64,000 nt of DNA from Thermoanaerobaculia bacterium. GTDB lineage: Bacteria; Acidobacteriota; Thermoanaerobaculia; Multivoradales; Multivoraceae. A model generated the notes under the pieces. That model ran no database searches. It was not told where the DNA came from and was given only the letters and a program-made list of their open reading frames with translations. Location: contig OY761158.1 in the NCBI GenBank assembly GCA_963664405.1, positions 2,048,001 through 2,112,000 on the forward strand, written 5' to 3'. A program made the translations under genes and the position numbers. Of the stretch, positions 20,200 to 28,952 are shown piece by piece (the first letter of the stretch is position 1; each line of letters starts with the position of its first letter).

Positions 20200-21435
20200 A
20201 TGAGCACCAAGCTGACACGTCGCCACCTTCTCGCCACTGTCGGCGCAGGAGCTCTCGCCTTCGGCCGGCGCTCGGCTGTGCGGGCCAAAGCCTCACCCAG
20301 CGAGACCATCGGCATTGGAGTCCTCGGCAGCGGAAGCCGAGCTCTCTGGCTGCAAAAGTCGATCGTGGACGCGGGAGGGGCTCGGATCGTCGCGGTATGT
20401 GACGTCTACAAAACCCAACTCGCGAGGGCCCTCGAGGCCGCCGGGCCCGATGCCTTGGCGACTCCCGACTATGAGGAGGTCCTGGCTCGCGACGACATTG
20501 ACGCGGTCATTATCGGCACCCCGGACCACTGGCACGTTCCGATGACGGTAGCCGCTCTCGCCGCCGGCAAGGACGTCTTCGTCGAAAAGCCACTCACCCA
20601 CTCTCTCGAGGAGGGCGAGACGATTCTCGCCGCGGCGATCGCGTCAGACCGCATCGTGCAGGTCGGAACCCAGCAGCGCTCGATGCCGCAGTTCAAACGC
20701 GCCAAGGAAATCATCGACGCCGGCACTCTCGGACGCATTCGCCGAGTTCGGATGACGTGGAATCGCAACGGTATACCCGCGAAGGGAAGGGGATCGTTCG
20801 CCGACCGACCGAAGATCGCACCGGAGGACGTCGACTGGCAGCGCTTCTTGGGCAGCGCCCCGCCGCAGCCCTTCGACCCCTACCGCCTGCGCCAATGGCG
20901 AATGTTCTGGGACTTCGGCGCCGGCCTGCTTGGAGACCTGATGGTTCATTGGCTCGACGCCGTGGTCTGGCTGGTGGGTATTGGCGAGCTCCCCGCCGAG
21001 ACCACTGCCATTGGCGACAGCTTCTTGGCTGAAGGGCTGTGGGAGGCGCCGGACACCATTGCGGCGACGTTTCGGTACCCCAGCCGGGGTATCCACGCCA
21101 TCTTCGAGGCCACTCTCGTCAACCAGCACGATCGCGCCGGGCTCACGATCATGGGAGAGCATGCAACGATCTATCTCGACCGCGGCAGAGTCGAGCTCCA
21201 TCCGCAACCCGGGCGCGACATCGAGCCCGAAGAGTGGTTGATCGACGATCGGGAGCGTGGCTCGGATGCCTACCTGCAACCTGAGGGAACGCTGCGCCAC
21301 CTCGAAAACTGGCTCGAGTGTATTCGCACCCGTTCTCAGCCCAATGCACCGGTCTCTGACGCAGTGTTAGCCGCCGGAGCTGCTCACCTCGGTAATATCG
21401 CCTACCGGGAGAAGCGAATCGTGGTTCGGAGCTGA
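20200..21435 (+). CDS. Tat-exported Gfo/Idh/MocA oxidoreductase
   Basis: TRRHLL Tat motif, TPDHWH, GKDVFVEKP, QVGTQQRS. Confidence 0.9.
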   Translation: MSTKLTRRHLLATVGAGALAFGRRSAVRAKASPSETIGIGVLGSGSRALWLQKSIVDAGGARIVAVCDVYKTQLARALEAAGPDALATPDYEEVLARDDIDAVIIGTPDHWHVPMTVAALAAGKDVFVEKPLTHSLEEGETILAAAIASDRIVQVGTQQRSMPQFKRAKEIIDAGTLGRIRRVRMTWNRNGIPAKGRGSFADRPKIAPEDVDWQRFLGSAPPQPFDPYRLRQWRMFWDFGAGLLGDLMVHWLDAVVWLVGIGELPAETTAIGDSFLAEGLWEAPDTIAATFRYPSRGIHAIFEATLVNQHDRAGLTIMGEHATIYLDRGRVELHPQPGRDIEPEEWLIDDRERGSDAYLQPEGTLRHLENWLECIRTRSQPNAPVSDAVLAAGAAHLGNIAYREKRIVVRS

Positions 21436-21544
21436 GATCCGCCGGAGCCGCTCGCCTGCGGAGGGCCAAGAACGCAGATATCATCCCCAGACAGCTCCCT
21501 CAGAGAGATAACAGGCACAGCGGCCAGGCAACTAGAGGAAGACT

Positions 21545-22750
21545 ATGAATTTCGAATTCAGCGACAAAGTCCGCGATCTGCAGCAGCGGATCACCGACTT
21601 CATGGACGAGCAGGTCTACCCGCTCGAAGAGGACTATCCGAGGCATGTAGAGGAGGCGGGAGGCTGGACCACGCCACCGATCATGGACAGATTGAAGGAG
21701 AAGGCGCGGGAGCTAGGGCTCTGGAATCTTTTCATGCCCGATGACGAGCACGGCGCCGGTCTGAATAATCTCGAATACGCGCCATTGGCGGAGATCATGG
21801 GTCGGGTCGCTTGGGCGTCTGAGCCGTTCAACTGCAGCGCCCCGGATACGGGCAACATGGAGATCCTGGCCCGCTTCGGTACCGAGGAGCAGAAAGAGCA
21901 ATGGCTGAAGCCGCTCTTGAACGGCGAGATCCGTTCGTGCTTCTCGATGACCGAGCCGGCGGTTGCTTCGAGCGACGCCACCAATATCGAATGCAGCATC
22001 AAGCGCGATGGCGACGAGTACGTCATCAACGGACGCAAGTGGTTCTCGTCAGGCTTCTCCAACGAACGGTGCAAGGTCGGCATCGTCATGGGCAAGAGCG
22101 ATCCGGACAACGCCAACCGTTACGTGCAGCAATCGATGATTCTGGTGCCCAAAGGAACGCCGGGCATGACTCTGGTTCGCAACATCACTACTTTCGGCTA
22201 CAAGGGAATGCCCGGCGGGCATCCGGAGATCTTGTTCGAGAATGTCAGGGTCCCGGCTACCAACATGCTCCTGGGGGAAGGCCGAGGCTTCGAGATCGCC
22301 CAGGCGCGCCTGGGGCCGGGCCGCATCCACCACTGCATGCGCTTCGTCGGCTCGGCGCAGAGAGCCTTGGAGCTGATGTGTAGGCGGGCCGAGAGTCGCA
22401 GCGCCTTTGGCGTCAAGCTGTCAGAGCATGGATCGCTGCGCGAGGACATCGCCAAGTCCTTCTGCGAGATCGAGCAGGCTCGTCTGCTCACCCTCAGAGC
22501 CGCCGACAAGATGGACCGCGAAGGCAACAAAGCGTCGCGAGACCTCATCGGCGCCGCCAAGATCGTGGTGCCGGCGATGGCAGCCAGGGTCATCGATCGA
22601 GCGATTCAGGTGCATGGCGCCATGGGCTTCACCGAGGATACCTTCTTGCCAGCGGCCTATGCCCATGCGCGATACATTCGCGTCGGCGACGGCCCCGATC
22701 AGGTCCACATGTCGTCTCTCGCTCGGCAGTTGTTACGCAAATACGCCTGA
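21545..22750 (+). CDS. Acyl-CoA dehydrogenase
   Basis: [46 protein letters not shown]. Confidence 0.95.
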   Translation: MNFEFSDKVRDLQQRITDFMDEQVYPLEEDYPRHVEEAGGWTTPPIMDRLKEKARELGLWNLFMPDDEHGAGLNNLEYAPLAEIMGRVAWASEPFNCSAPDTGNMEILARFGTEEQKEQWLKPLLNGEIRSCFSMTEPAVASSDATNIECSIKRDGDEYVINGRKWFSSGFSNERCKVGIVMGKSDPDNANRYVQQSMILVPKGTPGMTLVRNITTFGYKGMPGGHPEILFENVRVPATNMLLGEGRGFEIAQARLGPGRIHHCMRFVGSAQRALELMCRRAESRSAFGVKLSEHGSLREDIAKSFCEIEQARLLTLRAADKMDREGNKASRDLIGAAKIVVPAMAARVIDRAIQVHGAMGFTEDTFLPAAYAHARYIRVGDGPDQVHMSSLARQLLRKYA

Positions 22751-22792
22751 GGATCAAGGGCGAGTCATCTGTTCTACGCCTGAAGAGTCGCC

Positions 22793-24010
22793 ATGTTCGA
22801 TCTGCTGAGGAGTCTTAAAGTCGTCGACTTGACGACCATCGTTCTCGGGCCTTACGCCACCCAGACCCTGGCCGACTTCGGGGCCGAGGTCATCAAGGTG
22901 GAGCCGCCGGGCGGCGACATTCTGCGAGCCGTTCGACCGGGCCGCCGCAAAGACCTGGGAGTCCAGTTCCAGAACTTCAATCGCAACAAGCGCTCCCTCA
23001 CGATCGACCTCAAGCAGGTGCGCGGGCGAGAGGTGTTGCATTCACTCGTCGAGAAGTCGGATGTGGTCGTGCACAACATGCGGAGCCGATCGGCCGCGTC
23101 GCTAGGCGCTTCTTACGCCGAGCTGTCCGCCTGCAATCCGAAGCTCGTTTACTGCTATTCGGCCGGCTATGGCGACAGTGGACCAGATCGTGACGCGCCG
23201 GCCTATGACGACATCATTCAGGCACGGTCGGGTCTCGCGACTTTGAACGCGGACGCCACCGGGGCGCCGCAATTCGTGCGCACCATCGTCGGCGACAAAG
23301 TCGTGGGGCTACACCTGGCCATTGCGGTGCTGGCCGGAGTCGTTCACTTCCAGCGGACAGGACAGGGGACCTGCATCGAGATACCGATGCTGGAGAGCAT
23401 GACCGCGTTCCTGCTGGCCGAGCATCTTGCCGGTCATAGCCTGATTCCGCCGGAGGGCGATCTCGGGTACAGCCGGCTCACCTCTCCCAGCCGTCGTCCG
23501 TATCCGACCAAGGATGGTTTCGTGGCGATCCTGCCCTACAGCACCCGGCACTGGACGCGTTTTTTTACGGCCAGCGGCCGAGCCGATCTCGCCAATGACC
23601 CGCGCGTGCTCGATCCCGAGAAACGGAGTGAGAACATCGATGATCTCTATAGCGAAGTCGCCAAGCTGGCGTTGGGGCGTACCACCTCGGAGTGGCTGGA
23701 GTTGATGGCGGAGCAGGACATTCCGTGCGCGCGCGTCAACGGCCTCGCGGATCTCTTTACCGACTCCCACCTGGAGGCAGTGCAGCTCTTCGAGCGAGTG
23801 AGCGACCCGGAGTTGGGTGAGATCCAACAAGTACGATCTCCCTATCAGGTCGATGGGGCCACCTACGGCGCGGGTTCCGCGAACACGGTCGCCCCCTGCC
23901 TCGGCGAGCACACCGACCAGGTTCTCGAGGAGCTCGGCTATTCGGAACAGGAGATTTCAGATCTTCACGCCGAGAGCGTGGTGACGTCGGCAGCCAAGCG
24001 AGATTCCTAG
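22793..24010 (+). CDS. CaiB/BaiF family (class III) CoA-transferase
   Basis: GPYATQTLADFGAEVIKVEPPGGD, NRNKRS, APCLGEHT. Confidence 0.94.
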   Translation: MFDLLRSLKVVDLTTIVLGPYATQTLADFGAEVIKVEPPGGDILRAVRPGRRKDLGVQFQNFNRNKRSLTIDLKQVRGREVLHSLVEKSDVVVHNMRSRSAASLGASYAELSACNPKLVYCYSAGYGDSGPDRDAPAYDDIIQARSGLATLNADATGAPQFVRTIVGDKVVGLHLAIAVLAGVVHFQRTGQGTCIEIPMLESMTAFLLAEHLAGHSLIPPEGDLGYSRLTSPSRRPYPTKDGFVAILPYSTRHWTRFFTASGRADLANDPRVLDPEKRSENIDDLYSEVAKLALGRTTSEWLELMAEQDIPCARVNGLADLFTDSHLEAVQLFERVSDPELGEIQQVRSPYQVDGATYGAGSANTVAPCLGEHTDQVLEELGYSEQEISDLHAESVVTSAAKRDS

Positions 24011-24172
24011 CGTGGTGTCTCCGACATGGCTTGCCAAGAGCTCGAGGTCATTCTGTTCGCTGTCAAGGAGCGACGAGGCAGGCATATTGGGAATATGTCG
24101 ACGAGTCGCGACGACGGCAGCGGGCAAAAGGGGCCGAGATATTCGTAAGCCATGTCGGAAACACGGCACTAA
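24007..24172 (+). repeat. ERIC-like rod-shaped element E2
   Basis: Arms GTGTCTCCGACATGGCTTGC / GTAAGCCATGTCGGAAACAC; apical GGCATATT-GGG-AATATGTC (24081-24099); begins at the TAG of the CoA-transferase. Confidence 0.8.
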
Positions 24173-24195
24173 CAACTACTTCGAGGAACGATCCG

Positions 24196-24849
24196 ATGAG
24201 TGACGACCCCGCCTTGTTCGAGATGATGCACAGCATGCGCGCGATGCGCCGTTTGAAGCCGGATCCCGTTCCGGACGAGCTCTTGAGGGAAGTGCTCGAT
24301 GCGGCGATTCGGGCGCCGAGCGGGCAAAACACCCAGCCCTGGGCGTTCGTCGTGCTGCGTGAGGAGGCCAACCGGCGGTTCTTCGGCGATCGCTACAAGC
24401 ATTGGATCCACACTCTGATGGGCGATCGTGTACCCGAGGAGAGCGATGATTCTCCGGCGGCGCGCTCGAGGCGCGCGGCGGTCCATCTCGCCGACCACAT
24501 GAGTGAGGCGCCGGTCATCGTGCTCGCCTGTGGAAAGCGCGACTGGCCTTTTGCCGTGCCGAGCGAGAAGCGGGTCGGCAAGGCGCCACCGTCCTACGGA
24601 TCGATCTATCCGGCGGTGGAGAATCTCTTACTTGCTTGCCGGGCGCGCGGGCTGGGCGCCAGCCTCACCACCACCCACCAGATGTTCGAGGGCGAGCTGA
24701 CCGAGCACCTCGGCATTCCGGATACCTACGGTGTCGTCGCGGCCATCCCGATCGGTTATCCGACCGGCCGCTTCGGGCCGGTCCGTCGTCGCCCGGTGGG
24801 GACTGTGTCTCACTTCGACCGCTGGGGTGACCAGAACCCGGATTGGTGA
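24196..24849 (+). CDS. Nitroreductase family protein
   Basis: RAMRRLKPDPVP, RAPSGQNTQPW, SIYPAVENLLLACRARGLG; GAGG RBS. Confidence 0.9.
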   Translation: MSDDPALFEMMHSMRAMRRLKPDPVPDELLREVLDAAIRAPSGQNTQPWAFVVLREEANRRFFGDRYKHWIHTLMGDRVPEESDDSPAARSRRAAVHLADHMSEAPVIVLACGKRDWPFAVPSEKRVGKAPPSYGSIYPAVENLLLACRARGLGASLTTTHQMFEGELTEHLGIPDTYGVVAAIPIGYPTGRFGPVRRRPVGTVSHFDRWGDQNPDW

Positions 24850-24912
24850 GGCGTTGCCGCTTCGGCTCACCGCTCTTCATGAGCTGGAAATAGCGTGATC
24901 GGAGGACTTCCA

Positions 24913-25917
24913 ATGAAGGTCGATGCACCAGTCCCCGCGGATCTAGCGCGAGTGGGTTCGGAGGCGCAGCGCCTCGAAGCCTTGGGTTACGACGGCTTGC
25001 GAGTAGCGGAGCTCAATCACGACCCTTTCATGCCACTGGCCCTGGCGGCAGAGCACACTGAGAAAATCGAGCTGGTGACCTCGGTTGCGGTTGCCTTCGC
25101 CCGCAATCCGATGTCGATGGCGATCTTGGCGCACGATCTCAATGCCTACTCAGGTGGGCGTTTGGTGCTTGGCTTGGGCTCCCAAGTCAGGCCACACATC
25201 GAGCGCAGATTCAGTATGCCTTGGCACAGGGCGGCGCGCCAGATGCGTGAGTTCATCGAAGCGATGGAGGCGATCTTCGACTGCTGGTACGAAGGCCGGC
25301 GGCTCGAGTTCGAGGGTGAGTACTACCAGCACACCTTGATGCCGGCGACCTTCACCCCGGAGAACACCGAGGGACCCCGACCAAAGATTGTCCTATCGGC
25401 AACGGGCCCTCTGATGACCAAAGTCGCGGCGGAGATCGCCGACGGCATGATCATGCATCCGTTCTCGAGCGAGAAGTACATGCGCGAAGTGACCCTCCCG
25501 GCGATCGAGGAGGGCCTTCGAGCGAGCGGGCGAACCCTGGGCGACTTCACTCTCGACTACGCGCCACTGATCGCAACCGGCGCAACCGAAGAGTCGCTCG
25601 AGCGAGCAGTAGCAGCAGTCCGAGACCGAATTGCGTTCTACGGTTGCACCGTAGCGTACAAACCGGTCCTGGACATCCATGGTTGGGGCGATTTGCAACC
25701 TGAGCTGATCGCGCTCAATCGTGAGCATCGCAAAGAAGAGATGGCGCAGCTCATCCCCGACGAGATCCTAGGTACGCTGGCGATCATCGGCCGTCCCGAA
25801 GTGGTTGTGGACACGATGAAGGCTCGTTTCGGAGGATTGATCGACCGCACCGGCTTCAGCGCTCCCGACCTCTCGGACAACGAGACGAAGGTACTCCTCG
25901 AGCGCCTCCGCAGCTAG
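24913..25917 (+). CDS. LLM-class, probably F420-dependent oxidoreductase (TIGR03617-like)
   Basis: ELNHDPFMPL, VAFARNPM, GLGSQVRPHIERRFSMPW, HTLMPATF; GGAGG RBS. Confidence 0.85.
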   Translation: MKVDAPVPADLARVGSEAQRLEALGYDGLRVAELNHDPFMPLALAAEHTEKIELVTSVAVAFARNPMSMAILAHDLNAYSGGRLVLGLGSQVRPHIERRFSMPWHRAARQMREFIEAMEAIFDCWYEGRRLEFEGEYYQHTLMPATFTPENTEGPRPKIVLSATGPLMTKVAAEIADGMIMHPFSSEKYMREVTLPAIEEGLRASGRTLGDFTLDYAPLIATGATEESLERAVAAVRDRIAFYGCTVAYKPVLDIHGWGDLQPELIALNREHRKEEMAQLIPDEILGTLAIIGRPEVVVDTMKARFGGLIDRTGFSAPDLSDNETKVLLERLRS

Positions 25918-26072
25918 TGTAGTGCGTCAATCAGCCACCCGGCCACCCGATAGGGGTGCCACCCTCTCTGCGAAGAAGCGTCCGCTGAACGCCGAGGACC
26001 CGTCGGCCTCAGCCTCCTGCAAGGTGTTCGCCCCCGATCACGTCCTCTACTTTCAGGAGGACCCAGGCACCG

Positions 26073-27008
26073 ATGCGGAAATTCAGAGGATTAGTTGCAA
26101 ATCGCCTTGTCGAAGTCACCACCCGGACGTTTCAGGGTCGCTTCCTACTCAGCCCCTCCCCCGAAGTGAATCGGACCATAAAAGGGGTCATCGGCCGGGG
26201 TCAGAGACGGACCGGAATCGACATCTGTGGCCTCGCCTTCATGTCCAATCACGCCCACATGCTCCTCGTCCCGGAGAGCACTGAACAGCTCAGCGAGTTC
26301 ATGGGATTCGTCAACGGCAACATCGCTCGCAAAGTTGGGCCGCTGCAGGGTTGGCGGGGCAAGCTCTGGGAGCGGCGCTACCAGCACATCATCATCTCCG
26401 ACGAGCCCGAAGCTCAGATCGCTCGTCTGAAGTACCTCTTCTCCCAAGGCACCAAAGAGGGCTTGGTGCGCCATCCCATGGACTGGCCCGGGGTTCACTC
26501 CGCCGGCGCGAGCCGACGAGGCTACCCCGAGATGACAGGGGGCGTGTGGCATGACCAGACGGCCGAAGGCAAGGCTCGAAGATCCGGTAAAATATTGACT
26601 CCCAAGGAGTTCCTCTTCGAAGAGGTGATCCGGCTGAGTCTCGTGCCGTGTCTAAGAGATTGGAACCCAGGGCCGAGGCTGGGGCTCATCGACCAGCTCC
26701 AACACGAGTGCGAACAGAAAGGCCGTCAGCTTCGTGAGGAGACAGGTAGACCTCCCATGGGGCCGAAGAAGATCCTCATGCAGGTCCCGGACTTCCAGCC
26801 AAAGGAGCTGGATCGATCGCCAGCACCGGCCTTTCACGCGGCTTCAAAAGAGGCCTTCCGGAAGCTCAGAGAAGAGTACCGAGAGTTCGTTAGTCTCTAC
26901 TGTGAGTGTGCGGAGAAGCTCAAAGAAGGTGGGCTCGAGGTGACCTTTCCACCTGGATGTTTCCCGCCCCACCTTCCCTACGTCCCAGAGGTTCGAGCAG
27001 GACCGTAG
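26073..27008 (+). CDS. Y1 HUH tyrosine transposase, REP-associated (RAYT-like)
   Basis: VTTRT, MSNHAHML (HUH), GKLWERRY, LKY...GLVRHPMDWP; AGGAGG RBS; no tnpB. Confidence 0.8.
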   Translation: MRKFRGLVANRLVEVTTRTFQGRFLLSPSPEVNRTIKGVIGRGQRRTGIDICGLAFMSNHAHMLLVPESTEQLSEFMGFVNGNIARKVGPLQGWRGKLWERRYQHIIISDEPEAQIARLKYLFSQGTKEGLVRHPMDWPGVHSAGASRRGYPEMTGGVWHDQTAEGKARRSGKILTPKEFLFEEVIRLSLVPCLRDWNPGPRLGLIDQLQHECEQKGRQLREETGRPPMGPKKILMQVPDFQPKELDRSPAPAFHAASKEAFRKLREEYREFVSLYCECAEKLKEGGLEVTFPPGCFPPHLPYVPEVRAGP

Positions 27009-27157
27009 CCATCGGCCCGATCGCAGATGAGCTTCGCAGAGCAGCTCTCAAGTGAGAGGCCGTAGAACGGAGCTGCGTCCTGCAATCGCCGTTTTGGCGC
27101 CTCTCGCCTCCCAACGCAACGCAAAAGCCCAAGACCACCGATTCTGACCTTATTTGT

Positions 27158-27218
27158 CGACCTGTGGAGAGAATCTGCGACCTGTGGAGAGAATCTGCGG
27201 CCCCAAAAGGGTCGCAGA
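27158..27218. repeat. 20-bp tandem repeat with inverted partner downstream of the RAYT gene
   Basis: CGACCTGTGGAGAGAATCTG x2 (27158-27197); GGTCGCAGA (27210-27218) is complementary to TCTGCGACC. Confidence 0.8.
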
Positions 27219-27398
27219 AGTTCATTCTCTGAATCTCCGTTGAGCGCGGTTTAAAGAGGGTGGAACCATTTTCGACTAGCTTCCGCGCTGCCGGCCTTCG
27301 AGACCCAGAGGTCTCCTATCTCTGTCTTTCGATCAGATCATCAGATCCCTCCTTCGTCTCGCACTGCCAGCCGATTATCGGCGCTTCCTTGCGGACGG

Positions 27399-27447
27399 TT
27401 GACACGGATACCCCTTAGGGGTATATTAGATACCCTCAAGGGGTATC
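27399..27447 (+). promoter_or_regulatory. sigma70 promoter overlapped by two CsoR-type operators
   Basis: TTGACA (27399) - 17 bp - TATATT (27422); ATACCCCT-T-AGGGGTAT (27408-27424) and GATACCCTCAAGGGGTATC (27429-27447). Confidence 0.88.
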
Positions 27448-27459
27448 TGGAACTCTCCG

Positions 27460-27750
27460 ATGATGGACGATCAAACCAAACGCAAGGCCCGTGCGCGGCT
27501 GAAGCGAATCGAAGGGCAGGTCGCTGCTCTCGGCCGGATGCTCGACGCTGATGCGGACTGCGTCGACGTACTCATACAGATCTCCGCCGCTCAGGGCGCA
27601 CTCGCCGGTGCCGGGCAACTAATTCTGGGTCAGCACATCGAGAGCTGCGTCAGCGAGGCCTTTCGCCATGGCGACGAGGCTGAGCGGGCACTCAAGATCG
27701 AAGAATTGATGGATGTGTTCTCTCGCTACGGCCGCATGGAGAGCCGCTGA
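27460..27750 (+). CDS. CsoR/RcnR family metal-sensing repressor
   Basis: RLKRIEGQV, DCVDVLIQISA, HIESC (C-H-C ligand set). Confidence 0.92.
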   Translation: MMDDQTKRKARARLKRIEGQVAALGRMLDADADCVDVLIQISAAQGALAGAGQLILGQHIESCVSEAFRHGDEAERALKIEELMDVFSRYGRMESR

Positions 27751-28952
27751 TGCTGACCGCGATGTGGAGCATTACGCTCTCTCTGGCGCCTTGGCTGCTG
27801 CTGGGCATGGCGATCGCCGGCATTCTGCACGTAGCTCTCCCCAAGGGTTTCGTTCAGCGACACCTCGGCGGCCGCGGAGGCGTGGCCAAGGCGGTGGCCC
27901 TAGGCGTTCCACTGCCTCTCTGCTCTTGCGGCGTCATCCCCGCAGGGCTCGGCCTTCGCAGAGACGGCGCCAGCCAGGGCGCGACGGTCGGATTCCTCAT
28001 CAGCACACCGCAGACCGGTGTCGACTCCATCCTGGTCAGCGCATCGTTTCTCGGCTGGCCCTTTGCCGTCTTCAAACTAGTCTCTGCGACGGTCACAGGT
28101 CTGGTCGGCGGATGGATCGCGGACCGCGTTAGCGAGCCCACGAAGATCGAGTCGGCCACTCCCCTACCGGCCGAGAGCTCGACCGAGCGGCCCCGCTTTC
28201 CTACCATGTTCGCCCACGCTTTCGACATCCTGCGCTCGATATGGCGATGGATCGTCTTCGGCGTTGTTGCCTCCGCCGCAATTGAAGCCTTCGTGCCCGA
28301 TGGCTTCTTCACCGGTCTCTCCGAGATGGGCACTCTGGTGCCGATCCTGGCCTCTCTCGCGGTCTCGCTCCCTCTCTATGTCTGCGCCACCGCTTCGGTA
28401 CCCATAGCGGCTGCCCTAGTCGCTGGCGGGATGCCAGGAGGCGCCGCCCTGGTATTTCTCATGGCGGGGCCCGCGACCAACATCGCGACCATCGGCGCGA
28501 TCCATCGCGCACTAGGCAGCCGGACCCTCGCGGTCTACCTGACCACCATCATCGGGGGCAGCGTGCTGGCAGGAACTGCCTTCGACTCGGTCCTCGCAGC
28601 CGAGGCCATCGCCCTTCCCCACTCCCACGCCGAGGCGACCTGGTGGGCGGTAGCGAGTGCGGTGGTACTGCTCGGGATGATCGCCTGGTTCGCCTTCAGC
28701 GATCTACGCCTCTTGATCTCCAGGCAACGCAGCGAGTCGGGCCCGGCGGAGATCGAGATCGAAGTGGGTGGCATGGTCTGCGACGGCTGCGCCTCGCGCC
28801 TCGAGCGCGCTCTGCTCGCCGAAGAAGGCGTCGCCGGAGCGAGCGTGACCCTGGAACCGGGGCTGGCCAAGGTTCACGGGGCCATCGCGCGAGAGGCTGT
28901 CGTCGAGACCATCTGTCGCGAAGGCTTCAAGGTCGCCGAGGCCCACGCCTGA
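27750..28952 (+). CDS. DUF318-type metal permease fused to C-terminal HMA domain
   Basis: PLPLCSCGVIP, FLISTPQTGVDS, LYVCATASVP; GGMVCDGC. Confidence 0.88.
   Translation: MLTAMWSITLSLAPWLLLGMAIAGILHVALPKGFVQRHLGGRGGVAKAVALGVPLPLCSCGVIPAGLGLRRDGASQGATVGFLISTPQTGVDSILVSASFLGWPFAVFKLVSATVTGLVGGWIADRVSEPTKIESATPLPAESSTERPRFPTMFAHAFDILRSIWRWIVFGVVASAAIEAFVPDGFFTGLSEMGTLVPILASLAVSLPLYVCATASVPIAAALVAGGMPGGAALVFLMAGPATNIATIGAIHRALGSRTLAVYLTTIIGGSVLAGTAFDSVLAAEAIALPHSHAEATWWAVASAVVLLGMIAWFAFSDLRLLISRQRSESGPAEIEIEVGGMVCDGCASRLERALLAEEGVAGASVTLEPGLAKVHGAIAREAVVETICREGFKVAEAHA

Noticed and set aside
25990-25999. CGCCGAGGAC upstream of the RAYT gene as a family A copy
   Set aside because: Only a 10-bp match in GC-rich DNA, and the second arm differs; too weak to call.
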